DNA from: Takakia lepidozioides
Lineage: Eukaryota; Plantae; Bryophyta
Length of the DNA: 64,000 bases
Direction of reading: 5' to 3'
NCBI GenBank assembly: GCA_030704615.1
Contig: CM060732.1
Coordinates: 77,314,001 to 77,378,000 of the forward strand
In this document: positions 24,709 to 36,419 of the stretch, piece after piece
How positions within the stretch are numbered: the stretch's first letter is position 1
Layout: the number at the start of each line of letters is the position of its first letter
Translations under genes and position numbers: made by a program
Notes under the pieces: model-generated
Databases searched by the model: none
What the model was told of the DNA's origin: nothing
Seen by the model: the letters and a program-made list of their open reading frames with translations, nothing else

Positions 24709-27321
24709 ATGGAGTGTTGGGTCCAGGTCCATCTGAAAGGGCCAGGTTTCAAGCACAAGACTGATAGCTACAAGAAACCTGCACCAGTAGATAGTCAACT
24801 AGCAGCAGCAGCAGCACAGTGGGTAACAGCAGGCACCTCCACCATGGTCACCTCTTCTGAGAGAGGACTAAGGCTGGGAGTCCACAAGATCTCTTATGAC
24901 GCTTTTGGGCACGTGAGGACTCTATGTGAGGCAGGACGACTGAAAGAGGCTCTGCAAGTTTTGAACAAATCAGGGATATCTGCGGATTTAGATACTTATG
25001 TCTATCTCTTGCGGAAGTGCATCAAGATAAAAGGCCTGGCAGCAGGAAAGCAGGTGCATGCTCACATTATCCAAAGTGGATTCAAGCCGAATGTTTTTCT
25101 ACACAACACCCTTGTCAACATGTATGTAAAATGCGGGAGCATCGTGGATGCACAACAAGTGTTCAACACAATGCCTGAACGAGGTTTGATCACATGGAAT
25201 ATGATGATGGCAGGATTTACCAAGCATCGCTGTGGTAAGAATGCCTTGGAGACCTATGAGCAAATGGTGCTGGAAGGGGTGAGACCCAACCAGGTCACGT
25301 TTGTTTGCATTTGCAATGCGTGTGCCAGGTTGGGAGCCCTGGAAAAGGGCAGAGAGGTCCATGCTGACATTATGAAAGCTGGAATTGTACCAAATGTCAT
25401 TCTGGGCACTTCCCTGGTGAACATGTATGCCAAATGTGGGAGCATCAAGGATGCAAAGGGAGTGTTCGACAATATGGCTGAACGTAATGTGGTGTCATGG
25501 AGTGCAATGATCGCAGGATATGCCCAGCATGGGTACGGGATGGAGGCTTTAGAGACCTATGAGCAAATGATGCTGGAAGGGGTGAAGCCGGACTGTATCA
25601 CGTTTGCTTGCGTTTGCAATGCATGTGCTAGCCTTGCAACCCTGGAAAAGGGCAAAGAGGTTCATTCTGACATCATGAAAGCTGGAATTATACCAGATGT
25701 CATTCTGGGCACTGCCCTAGTGGACATGTTTGCCAAATGTGGGAGCATTGAGGATGCAAAGGGAGTGTTCGACAAGATGGCTCAACAGGATGTGGTGTCA
25801 TGGAGTGTGATGATTGCAGGATATGCCCGACATGGGTGCTGGATGGAGGCTTTGGAGACTTATGAACAAATGATGCTGGAAGGCGTTAAGCCAGACCAGG
25901 TTACGTTCGCTTGCATTTGCAATGTGTGTGCCAGCCTGGCAGCCCTGGAAAAGGGCAAAGAGGTTCATGCTGATGTCATGAAGGCTGGAATTGAACCAGA
26001 TGTCATTCTGAACAATACCCTTGTGGACATGTATGCCAAATGTGGGAGCATCGGGGATGCAAAGGGAGTGTTCGATGATATGGGTGAACGAAATGTGGTG
26101 TCATGGAATGCAATGATCGCAGGATATGCCCAGCATGGATCTGGGGTGGAGGCTTTGGAGACATATCAGCAAATGATGTGGGAAGAGGTGAAGCCAGACC
26201 GTATCACATTCGTTTGTGTTTGCAATGCATGTGCTGGGCTGGCAGCACTGGAAAAGGGGAAACAGGTCCATGCTGATGTCATGAAGGCTGGAATTGTACC
26301 AGATGTCATCCTGAATACTACCCTTGTGGATATGTATGCCAAATGTGGGAGCCTGAAGGATGCAAAGGGAGTGTTCGACAGTATGGCTGAACGAAATGTG
26401 GTGTCATGGAGTGCAATGATCGCTGGATATGCCCAGCATGGTCGTCATAGGGAGGCTCTGCAACATTTTGAAGGAATGCTGAAGGAAGGATTGAAGCTGG
26501 ACAGTATCACCTTTATATGTGTTCTCTCTGCATGTAGCCATGCTGGCCTAGTGGATGAAGGCAGACACTACTTTGTTTCCCTGAGTCAAGATTGTGGTGT
26601 CACTCCAAGAGCAGAGCACTTTGGCTGCATGGTTGACCTTCTTGGCCGTGCAGGTCAACTGGATGAGGCAGAGAGCTTCATTAACAACATGCCTATCAAA
26701 CCAGATGCGATGGTGTGGAAGGCCTTGCTTGGTGCCTGCAGAATTCATGGCAAAGTGGAGATTGCAGAACGTGCAGCAACATCTATTCTCAAGTGGGATC
26801 AACAGGATGCCACAACGTACGTGTTGTTATCAAACATCTATGCCGCAGCTGGCCGGTGGGACGATACTGCAAAGGTGAGAAAAATGATGACGGTCAGAGG
26901 GGTCACAAAGGAGCCAGGTCGCTGCTGCATTGAGGTTGGCAACAGGGCGCACACCTTCATTGTAGATGACAAGTTGCATCCGAAAATAGAGGAAATCCAT
27001 GCCGAGCTGAGAAGATTGTCTGGGCTGATGAAGGAGGCAGGGTATGTGCCTGACACACGGTTTGTATTGCATGATGTGAAGGAGGAGGAAAAGGAATTTT
27101 CTCTTGGCTACCACAGTGAGAAGCTGGCCATTGCTTTTGGGCTGATCAGCACGGCCCCTGGGACGCCTCTCCGTCTAATCAAGAATCTTCGAGTATGTGG
27201 TGACTGCCATACAGCTGCAAAGTTCATCTCAAAAATTGTTGGTCGAGCAATTGTTGTACGGGATGCGAACCGTTTTCACCACTTCGAGGATGGGGTTTGT
27301 TCATGTGGGGAGTACTGGTGA
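24709..27321 (+). CDS. PLS-E1-E2-DYW pentatricopeptide repeat protein (organellar C-to-U RNA editing factor)
   Basis: Open 870-aa frame; ~17 PPR motifs ending P2-L2-S2, E1 (WKALLGACRIHG), E2 (YVLLSNIYAAAGRW), PG box (EPGRCCIEV), HSEKLA, CGDCH, ends CSCGEYW*. True start uncertain because of upstream exons. Confidence 0.96.
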   Translation: MECWVQVHLKGPGFKHKTDSYKKPAPVDSQLAAAAAQWVTAGTSTMVTSSERGLRLGVHKISYDAFGHVRTLCEAGRLKEALQVLNKSGISADLDTYVYLLRKCIKIKGLAAGKQVHAHIIQSGFKPNVFLHNTLVNMYVKCGSIVDAQQVFNTMPERGLITWNMMMAGFTKHRCGKNALETYEQMVLEGVRPNQVTFVCICNACARLGALEKGREVHADIMKAGIVPNVILGTSLVNMYAKCGSIKDAKGVFDNMAERNVVSWSAMIAGYAQHGYGMEALETYEQMMLEGVKPDCITFACVCNACASLATLEKGKEVHSDIMKAGIIPDVILGTALVDMFAKCGSIEDAKGVFDKMAQQDVVSWSVMIAGYARHGCWMEALETYEQMMLEGVKPDQVTFACICNVCASLAALEKGKEVHADVMKAGIEPDVILNNTLVDMYAKCGSIGDAKGVFDDMGERNVVSWNAMIAGYAQHGSGVEALETYQQMMWEEVKPDRITFVCVCNACAGLAALEKGKQVHADVMKAGIVPDVILNTTLVDMYAKCGSLKDAKGVFDSMAERNVVSWSAMIAGYAQHGRHREALQHFEGMLKEGLKLDSITFICVLSACSHAGLVDEGRHYFVSLSQDCGVTPRAEHFGCMVDLLGRAGQLDEAESFINNMPIKPDAMVWKALLGACRIHGKVEIAERAATSILKWDQQDATTYVLLSNIYAAAGRWDDTAKVRKMMTVRGVTKEPGRCCIEVGNRAHTFIVDDKLHPKIEEIHAELRRLSGLMKEAGYVPDTRFVLHDVKEEEKEFSLGYHSEKLAIAFGLISTAPGTPLRLIKNLRVCGDCHTAAKFISKIVGRAIVVRDANRFHHFEDGVCSCGEYW

Positions 27322-29732
27322 AATGATGAATATTGCATTCCTTCCCCAGGAATTTGAGGTTGTGCAAAGTGCTTCGAGAGGAGTTCATGAGCGCGTTTGC
27401 AGAGCAGCTTGCTATTTCTGGCAGGATTGAGAAAGTGCAGGTCAGTGCCTCTCCTTCTTTGTAGCCCATGGATGGCTCAAGCTGATTTGTTGGCAGTGGT
27501 TGGTTTGTACAAATCTAAATATTTATCTTTGTCCAGTCCCGCGAATGCTAAGCATTACTCTTAACTGGAAAGTCTACAGCAGGTCTCTATTTCAAATTGA
27601 TTGGTGGGAATTCATGGGCAATGACTGTGGAATACAGTTGCAGCAGGGAAGTGACCCTATGTACAGTAGTAGAGAACTTTTTCTTTGAGACTACCAGACT
27701 AGCTAGTGCCACATCTAGGAAGGACCCAGCAGGTCTTAATTATGGGGTAAAACACGAATCTGGGGTTTTGTCTGTTAGATTTCCAATGTAAGTCTGTGTA
27801 ATGGTGTCGTATTTACAGAAAGGGCCACTGATGGATATAACATGTACTGGTTCAGGTGGTGCTTGAGAGCTCAACAGAGGACATGGATCTGATGTCAAGG
27901 CAGATAGACGAATTGGACAGTTTGTAAACGAAGGCAGAGGCTTCAGATCTTCAAAATGTTGATGTCAAGATCAACACGATGATTCCAGAACTGGATTTTT
28001 CAACGGATGGGGACGAGCTAGTGGTTTCCTTCACTGGGGGCTCGCATGCGGATTTGCTAGCCCCCAGGAAATATTCTCCTACAAGTACTCTATCACCCTT
28101 ATCTTTTCTCTACCTGATTTTTCGTACGTAAAGGAGGGCAGATGGGGTGGGTGGTGGACGAAGTTCTATCTGTTTGTGCATTTAGTTTTGATGGTTTGTT
28201 GGGTTTACAGGGGTATTCATGAACTCAATGACACCCGGTTGTGGGGTTTCAGCCTTTACTACCACCCCCTCTGCCTCTGCCTGCCATCAAGTGGATTCAC
28301 ATAGATGTCAAAGATGATTTACTGTGATGTGCTCATACTTCCTAACAAATGCTGGCTATGACACATTCCCTACAGTGCATTTTGTTCTTGTAAAGCTATC
28401 ATCCTCAAGAAACCTATCACTCATACCAGCAAAAACTTGAAACTCGCTCTACAGTTCCTATCTACAACTGATACACTCCATTAGCACTGTCCCCACTTGG
28501 TAGACTCACTTTTCTACAGAGAATCTCTTGACCTCTCTGTCAACACTCATTTCTGACAGTGCACAACCCCAAAACTTCATATATGCCCTGGATTTTCAAA
28601 CCTACACCAGGTCCATTGATGGAACTGTGCCCGTTTGATCCTTTGGCAGGCTGAGAAGGAGCTACAAAAGAAGTAAAAGGCCCAGTCATTTCATTGAAGG
28701 TCTTTTGCTGCCTCCTACTCAGGGCATTCTCTGTCCTCCAGAAGGGATGGAGACAAATTGCATGGAAGAGGGAGGAGGTCGAAATTGGGGAAGCCTGCAC
28801 GTGTGAGCAAGGACCTCATGTTGTTGTTCTTAAATTGTTATGAGGGTGAAGCAGTAATGCTTGTTGTCAGACACACAGCTCAAAAGTCTTAACTACCATC
28901 TACAACTGATGAGCATCGAATACTGTATGAATAAGGTTCTCCCACCCCCCTATCACCACAATTCTCCTTACTTTGACATAGATGAAATTCAGAGGTGGTT
29001 GCAGTGCCACTTTCAGATAGACAGGGAGAAAGAAAGCAAGGAAAGCTAGAAAGAAACCTTGCATCTTCCCCAACACATGTTCACACGATGCTTGAGCTAC
29101 GTCATTGATTTGCAAGCTCTCTAGTAGAGCATGTGAAGGTGGTGAAAGTTACTTTTGTCACGATTGTGGTTGCAGGATTTTATAGTGCAAATGTTGCAGA
29201 GCGAATTTATAAGTGGTATAATGTATGCCATGGTATGCTGAAGCACTGCCATTTATATAGCATACAGAACCCCCTAAGATTACAAAGTCAAGTGGATTCG
29301 TGAATCTACGTTAGATGTATGTCAGCGCCCACTTCATTGGATCTATGCAGCTTAAACACCAACAAACACACTGCTGTCTGTGATCTCCGTGCGGAACAAG
29401 AGATGGAGTGTCCGACCCGCTGTGTATCCAGCTTCCACTCTGCCATCTCCCTCCCGATTTCACGCACACAGTTTCAAGGTTTCTGCGTACAAACTACAAA
29501 CCACAAAAATAGTTAACTTACAAAGCACGGCTGGAAATAGTAAAAGGGAAGTGAATGGTTAGCAAAGAAGGTTCAAGTGCTAGAATAGCAAAAACCAAGA
29601 GCGAGGCTTTTGATAGCAAGTCGGACTCATGGGTTATCTCAGAGTCGTCTTTCTTTCCCTTCTTCTCTTTCCCCCAAGCTCCCTGTTAGGATCACAAGAA
29701 CACAATTGGAGAGGTTTTGTCGCCTCCACAAT

Positions 29733-30813
29733 ATGGAGGAGATTTGGAGTACGCTCCCATTCGAGTTAGTGATGATAGTGTTGGCCTTTTTGCCATATCG
29801 AAGTCTTGTCCGCTTTCAGTCGGTTTGCAAGTTGTGGAATTCTCTCCCATCCACTGCTAGTTTCCAACAACTCTGTCAGCAACTCCCTCTTCACCAAGAC
29901 TCCTTGTCTTTTGGCAGTTGCCCACATGTTTGCGTGTTGTATACCCCCAGAACTCGACGGTGGCACAAAATCGGCCTCAAACTCCCCAAGGATAATTTAG
30001 TATACAGTGTTGCTGCTGCAGATGGAGGCTTATTTCTTTGCACATCGGGCAAGGGCGATGCTGACTTATCATTGACTGTGTTCAATCCTCTCTTGAACAG
30101 TTCCAGACAATTGCCTGCCCTGCCTCTCGCCAACCCAGCACATATCCGGTATGTGGGCACGGTGCACTTGATTGTGGATGGACGCAGCAACACCTACAAG
30201 ATCATTGTGATATCACTCGAGTATGGCCGCACTGAGTCACATTGGAGAACACACGTCTATGACTGAATATGCGAGTGTTGGACCGAGACTGGAAAGATGC
30301 GGCATGTGAAGGGTGCCTGGTGCTGTGCAGGAAGTGTGATATATGGCCCTACTCTCTTTGCTCTGCTTTATGCACCAAATGACTACACTTTGATGGCTTA
30401 TAACATGGGTGCCGATATGTGGACTCAAGTTGCTATACACATGCCTAAAATTCGTGGAGATGGTGTTGCTGGTCCAAGGCTTGTAGAGAGCGAGGGGCGC
30501 CTGTTTCTAGTTGGGGGTCGTGATGGAGATCCATTCGTAGTAGTAATATGGGAGTTCAAAGATTCTACAAAAGACTGCAGAGTGGGTGGAGATTGCAAGA
30601 AAGGAGTTCGCAACAACGCCCCCCAGGAACTGGCAAATTCAAATGGTGAGCCATGACAATCTCATATTCATTTGGGGTGGCATACCCGATCCAAAAGTTG
30701 TGGTGTATGACATGAAGCAACGCACATGGACATCTGATTTACAAACTGGGACCAAGGAATGCCTGATTGTTCAAGGTTTTGTTAGGGGTCTTAGTTTAGG
30801 TGCAAAAGTCTAG
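29733..30813 (+). pseudogene. F-box (FBA/Kelch-like C-terminus) pseudogene
   Basis: IWSTLPFELVMIVLAFLPYRSLVRFQSVCKLWNSL F-box, AADGGLFLC, VFNPL; in-frame TGA at 30264 (VYD*ICECW) and frameshift at ~30585. Confidence 0.85.
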
Positions 30814-30872
30814 ACAAGCTTTCTGTTTTTTTTTAAAATTAAACAGGGACCAACAATTAGGGGACCAACAAT

Positions 30873-31095
30873 TAGTAGCTCAGTTGGTTAGCGCAGGGCC
30901 AGATGATTCAGGGATTAGGTGAATCTTGCTACCTTGTTTAGGACTCCTCCTCCTCCTCTTTCTCATTTGGGTTTTTGTTGGCTCTGTCCCTCAAGGGATA
31001 GAGGCATGAGACATCTTGCCTAGGGGGAGAACTAGGCTTATCCATTAAGCCTAGTCTATGGAGGGTTGATGGGCATGAAGTATAAAACAACAACC
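30873..31095 (+). mobile_element. Putative tRNA-derived SINE
   Basis: GTAGCTCAGTTGGTTAGCGC (tRNA D-arm/A box), degenerate B box at ~30915-30930, perfect 10-bp hairpin at 31031-31055, A/AAC-rich tail at ~31083-31095. Confidence 0.45.
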
Positions 31096-32542
31096 CCAAA
31101 ATCACCAGAGGAAAGAGAACGGAGCTGCTTGTTTGTTTAGGGTGTGGTGGTGTGCGGTTTTCTTGCTATAGTGACGTACAATGAGGCATATTATTTTTCT
31201 TACCATGTTTAAGAATTGAAATTAATGGGCGGATCTTAAATTATATAGTTGCATTTGGGCCTCGACGTAGGAAACGCACTTTGATACATAGGGGATTGCA
31301 CTTGGACTTAGATGACACTGGACACTTGGGCCAACGGCACATGCTACCCTAGTATTGTTCAATGAGAAGCTTTTGTGAAGGAGCCATCAAATATATGAAG
31401 CGAGACGTTTGTTTTGTAGCGTTGAGATGTCTCAAATCGCCATGCCCCGGCGCTGGTGCTTGGTACCGTTGGAAAGCCCTCGAGGAGGAGGGGTGCACCG
31501 GCTTGGTCTCCTGACTTTTGGACGTGTGGTGTAGGAGATGTGGAATTCCAAGTACTTTTGGTCGCTGGAAATTCACAAAAAATAGCAAAAATGGCAAAGT
31601 GGGCATTCCTGGGACAATGGTTGCCAACCAAGACGGGAGAGATATCAAGGGAAAGGTCTCCGGTTCAAATCCGGTCGTAGGCTCTCTGAAAATAAAAATT
31701 GATTAGATATGGGATTGCACTTGGTCTTAGACAGTGACACTGGACACTTGGGCCAGTACATGGGAGATGCACTTGGATACATGAATAGAAGATTGCACTT
31801 GGGCTTAGATTTCAATTCTTCACATATGGGCCAACGGCATAGGCTACACTAGAGGTTGCAATTGGGCCTCGATGATAGGAAACCCACTTGGATACATAAG
31901 AAATTGCACTTGGGCTTAGATTTCAATTCTTCACACATGGGCCTTGACATAGGAGACGCTACTTGAATACATAGGGGATTACACTTGGACTTAGATTTCA
32001 ATTCTTAACGCATGGGCCAATGGCGCAGGCTACCCTAGGCCTAGATCTCCCAAACAAGAGGATTGCACTTGGACTTAGATGACACTGGACACTTGGGCCA
32101 ACGGCACAGGCTACCCTAGTCAATATATGAAGCGAGACGTTTCGTTTGTTTTGTTTTGTTTTGTCACGTTGAGATGTCCCAAACCGTAAGGCCCCAGCCT
32201 TGGTGCTTGGTACCGTTGAAAAGCCCTCGACGAGGAGGGGTGCACGGGCTTGGTCTCATGATTTTTGGACCTGTGGTGTGGGAGATACGATACTCCAAGT
32301 ACTTTTGGCCGTTGGAAATTCACAAAAAATAGCAAAAATGGCAAAGTGGGCATTCCTGGGACAATGGTTGGGGCCTCGAGAGGAGAGATATCAAGGGAAA
32401 GGTCTCCGGTTTAAATCTGGTCGTAGACTTTGTGGGAAAAAAATGATTAGATATGGCTTGCTTCGTATATTGATGCACTTGGACTTAGATGACATTGGAC
32501 ACTTGGGCCAACGGCACAGGCTACCCTAGAGACGGGAGATAT

Positions 32543-33770
32543 CACTACAAGAAAAGGGGGGGGGGGGGGTTGCGACGCCGCGGCGTCGTAAAACAGCCCT
32601 TTTCGGGCAGAGGGAAAAACCCAAATTTGTGACGCACGTCCGTCGCACGTCCGTCGCACGTCCATCGCAAGGGCATCACCAAAAAACATCACAAATTTGC
32701 GACCAATGGGGGTCGCAAATAGGCGAAATCGCGATTTGCCACGCCCGGGCGTCGGGAAAAAAAAAAAAAAAAAAACAAAACAAAACAAAAAACCTACTTT
32801 GCAATGCAGAATTAGCACCGTCCGGTCGCAAAGTGCGACGCCCGGACGTCACAATTTAAGGGGGTACATTTGAATTTAGGCAGAAAAATTTGAATTTCAA
32901 AAACTTATTGACCATTGACTCCGACGTTGACCATTGACTCCGATTCTCTCTAATGGCGATATGTTCATTGTTCTACATACATCATACAATGCAATGCACA
33001 CTTGAACCTAAGACCTCCACGTTATAACATTTCTAAAATATTACAAACTAACCAACACACCTATGCTACATCTATGTATCACAAAAGCAATCTAGATATA
33101 TATATATACACATATAAAGATTTCCTTCAAGAGCCTTCAAGTTCATTCTAAGGGGGTCTCTCTTGTGACGTCGGGGAGTTGCAACCTCCACAGCCTTAGT
33201 GCCCAGCCCTAGCCCCAGCCCCAGCCCCAGCATTAGCATTGCCGCCGTTGTTGCACCCCCCACTGCCAGACGCCCTAAGCGACGTCTTGTGATGACCTAA
33301 GCTGACCACAACATCATTGCGACCCCCTGACGTCGCAACGTTGGGCGTCCCAGCGCGGGGCGCCCCGAGCGACGATTTTGTGAAGTTGAGAGCCGTAAAG
33401 TCTAAAAAAAAAAAAAAAAAAAAAACTCCCACTATGGTGATGCTGTTGCGACGCCCTGGCGTCGCAGAGGCGCTCGGGCGCCCTTAGTGACGCTTTTGTG
33501 ATGCCGAGGCGTCGCAACGTCCCAAAAAAAAAAAAAAAAAAAAAAATTCCGACGTCGGGGCGTCGCAAGAAAAAAAAACCGTCAAAGCGAGGGCCCTCTT
33601 TCCCCATTCATGCCACTTTACGACGGCTGGGCGTCGTAATGGTGTCGCAGCGGGGGATTGCGACACCGAGACGTCGCAATCAAACTCCGTGGGCTCAGCG
33701 TCGCAGGCTTAGCGCCGCGCAGGGCGTGGGGGCGCAGCTGGCATCGCAAACCCCCCCATTTGCTGTAGTG
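32543..33770. mobile_element. Non-autonomous CACTA (En/Spm) DNA transposon
   Basis: CACTACAAGAAAAGGGG...CCCCATTTGCTGTAGTG termini, 3-bp TSD TAT on both sides, dense subterminal GCGACG/CGTCGC repeats, no transposase. Confidence 0.93.
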
Positions 33771-34380
33771 TATATTAATAATGATTGGATATTACTACTC
33801 AATAAATTCATGAAAAAAAAAAATGGGGCCTTGACATGGGAGACGTACTTGGATACATAAGAGATTGCACACTGGGTTTATATGGGCCTTGACATAGGAG
33901 ACGCACTTATATACATATGATATCGCACTTGGGCTTAGATGGCAGTGGACACTTCGGCCTCTACATGGGAGATGCACTTGGATACATAGAAGATTGTATT
34001 TGGGCTTAGATGAGCCTCGACATAGGAAACGCATAGGGATACATAGAAAATTGCTTTTGGTCTTAGATTTCAATTTTTCAATCATGGGTCAACGGCATAG
34101 GCTATACTAGAGGTCGCACTTCGTCCTCGACATAGGAGACGCACTGGGATACATAGAAGATCTTACACTTGGGCTTAGATGACATGGACACTTAAGCCAA
34201 TGGTAGGCTACCTAGAGGTTGCATTTGGGCCTCGCAAAGGAGACGCACTTGGATACATAGGAAATTGCATTTGAATTTAGATTTGAATTCTACATACATG
34301 GGCCAACGGCAAAGGCTACACTAGAGGTTGCACTTGGGTCTCGACTTAGGAGACGCATTGGGATATATAGGAAATTGCAC

Positions 34381-35738
34381 GTCTGACTTTCATCATTTTT
34401 CTCACCTTTGTAGTGCCATCCCACCTGTCGGATGCAGCATAGATGTTTGATAACAATACATTAGTGGCAGAATCATGTTGATCCCACTCAAGAATAGATT
34501 TTGCTACATGTTCTGCCACCTCCACATTGGCATGAATTCTGCAGGCACCAAGCAAAGCTTTCCACACCGCACCATCCGGTCTAATCGGCATATTGTTGAT
34601 GAAGTCCTCTGCCTCATCAAACCGCCATGCACACCCAAGTAGGTCCACCATGCACCCAAAGTGTTCCATTGTAGGAGTGAGGCCATGCTCTTGACTAAGG
34701 GAATCAAAGTAGTATCTGCCTTCATCCACTAGGCTCCCATGGCTACATGCAGAGAGAACACATATAAAGGTAAAACCGCTTGGTTTCAAGCCTTCCTTTT
34801 GCATTACTTCAAATAGTTCCAGGACCTCTCTACGACAACCATGTTGGGCATATCCTGCAATCATCACACTCCAGGACACTGCATTTCATTCAGTCATCTT
34901 GTCAAACACTCCCTTTGCATCCTTGATGCCCTCGCATTTGGCATACGTGTCCACTAGGGTATTGTTCAGGATAATATCTGGCACAATTCCAGCTTTCATG
35001 ATGTCAGCATGGACCTTTGTGGCCTTTTCCAGAGCTGCCATGTTGGCACACGCATTGCAAACACAAATGAATGTAATCTAGTTGGGGTACTCCCTTTGCA
35101 ACATCATTTGCTCATAGGTTTCCAAAGCCTGCATCCCACAGCCATATTGGGCATATCCTGTGATCAGTGTTCCATGAGACCACATCTCGTTCAACCATAT
35201 TTTTTAACACTCCCTTTGCTATCTCAATGCTCCACATTTGGCATACATGTCCACAAGGCTATTGTTCAAAATGATATTTGGTACAGTTCCAACTTTCATC
35301 ATGTCCGCATGGATCTCTTTGCCTTTCTCCAGGGTTGCCAGGCTGGCACACGCATTGCAAACACAAACAAATGTGACCTGGTTGGGCTTCACCCCTTCCC
35401 GTATCATTTGCTCATAGGTCTCCAAAGCCTCCATTGCACACCCCTGCTGGGTTACCCATTGATCATAGCGTTCTATGACACCACATCTCGTTGAGCCATA
35501 TTGTTGAACACTTCCTTTGCATTCTTGATGCTCCCACATTTAGCATACATGTCCATGAGGGTAGTGTCCAAGACGATATTTGGTACAATCCCCGAATTCA
35601 TGATATCAACATGCACCTCGTTGCCTTTCTCCAGAGCTTCCAAGCTCGCATAAGCATTGCAAACACAAATAAATGTGACCTGGTCAGGCTTCACCCCTTC
35701 CCTCATCATTCTCTCATAGTTTCCCAAAGCCTCCATCC
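34381..35738 (-). pseudogene. PPR (PLS...P2L2S2-E1-E2) gene fragment embedded in the Helitron-like array
   Basis: Near-colinear with 12135-12715, continuing through EHFGCMVDLLG, WKALLGACRIH, VLLSNIYAA; several stops and frameshifts; sharp junctions with the minisatellite at both ends. Confidence 0.9.
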
Positions 35739-36419
35739 GGGTCTTAGATTTCAATTCTTCACACATGGGCCAAAGGTACAAGCTACCCTAGAGGTCGCAC
35801 TTGGGCTTCGACACAAGAGACGCACTGGGATACATAGAAGATCTTCTACTTGGGCTTAGATGACAGTGGACACTTAGGCCAACCACACACTAGGCTATCC
35901 TAGAGGTCGCATTTGAGCCTCGACTAAGGGACGCACTTGGATGAATATAAGGGGATTGCACTTGACTTAGATGACACTGGACACTTGGGCCAAAGGCACA
36001 AGCTACCCTAGTCAATATATGAAGTGAGACGTTTGTTTTGTTTTGTTTTGTATTGTTTTGTAGATTTGAGATGTCCCCAACCGTGAGGCCAGCCCTGGTG
36101 TTTGGTACCATTGGAAAGCCCTCGACGAGGAGGGGTGCACGGGCTTGGTCTCATGATTCTGCGGGCAATTTACTGCAACTCGGTACCCAAATTTGTTAAA
36201 AACACCAAAAAGAGCTTGGAAAATTGCAGTGTAGGAGATGTGAAATTTCAAGTACTTTGGGTCGCTGGAAATTCTCGAAAAATAGCAAAGTCGGAATTCA
36301 TGGGACAATGGTTGGAGCCTCGAGAGGAGAGATATAAAGGGAAAGGTCTCAAGTTCAAATCTGGTCGTAGGCTCTGTGGAAAAAAAAAAATGATAGATAG
36401 GGGATTGCGCTTGGACTTA

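Noticed and set aside
11024-27469. Antisense ORFs such as MLPHLAYMS... over the PPR genes
   Set aside because: Shadow frames of the PPR repeats.
28034-28067. 13-bp GC-rich hairpin (similar small ones at ~1102-1128 and ~8410-8436)
   Set aside because: Too short for a miRNA precursor; bacterial-type terminators are irrelevant here; such hairpins can arise by chance.
31600-31685. Functional tRNA gene
   Set aside because: Acceptor and anticodon stems do not pair; kept only as a tRNA-like module.
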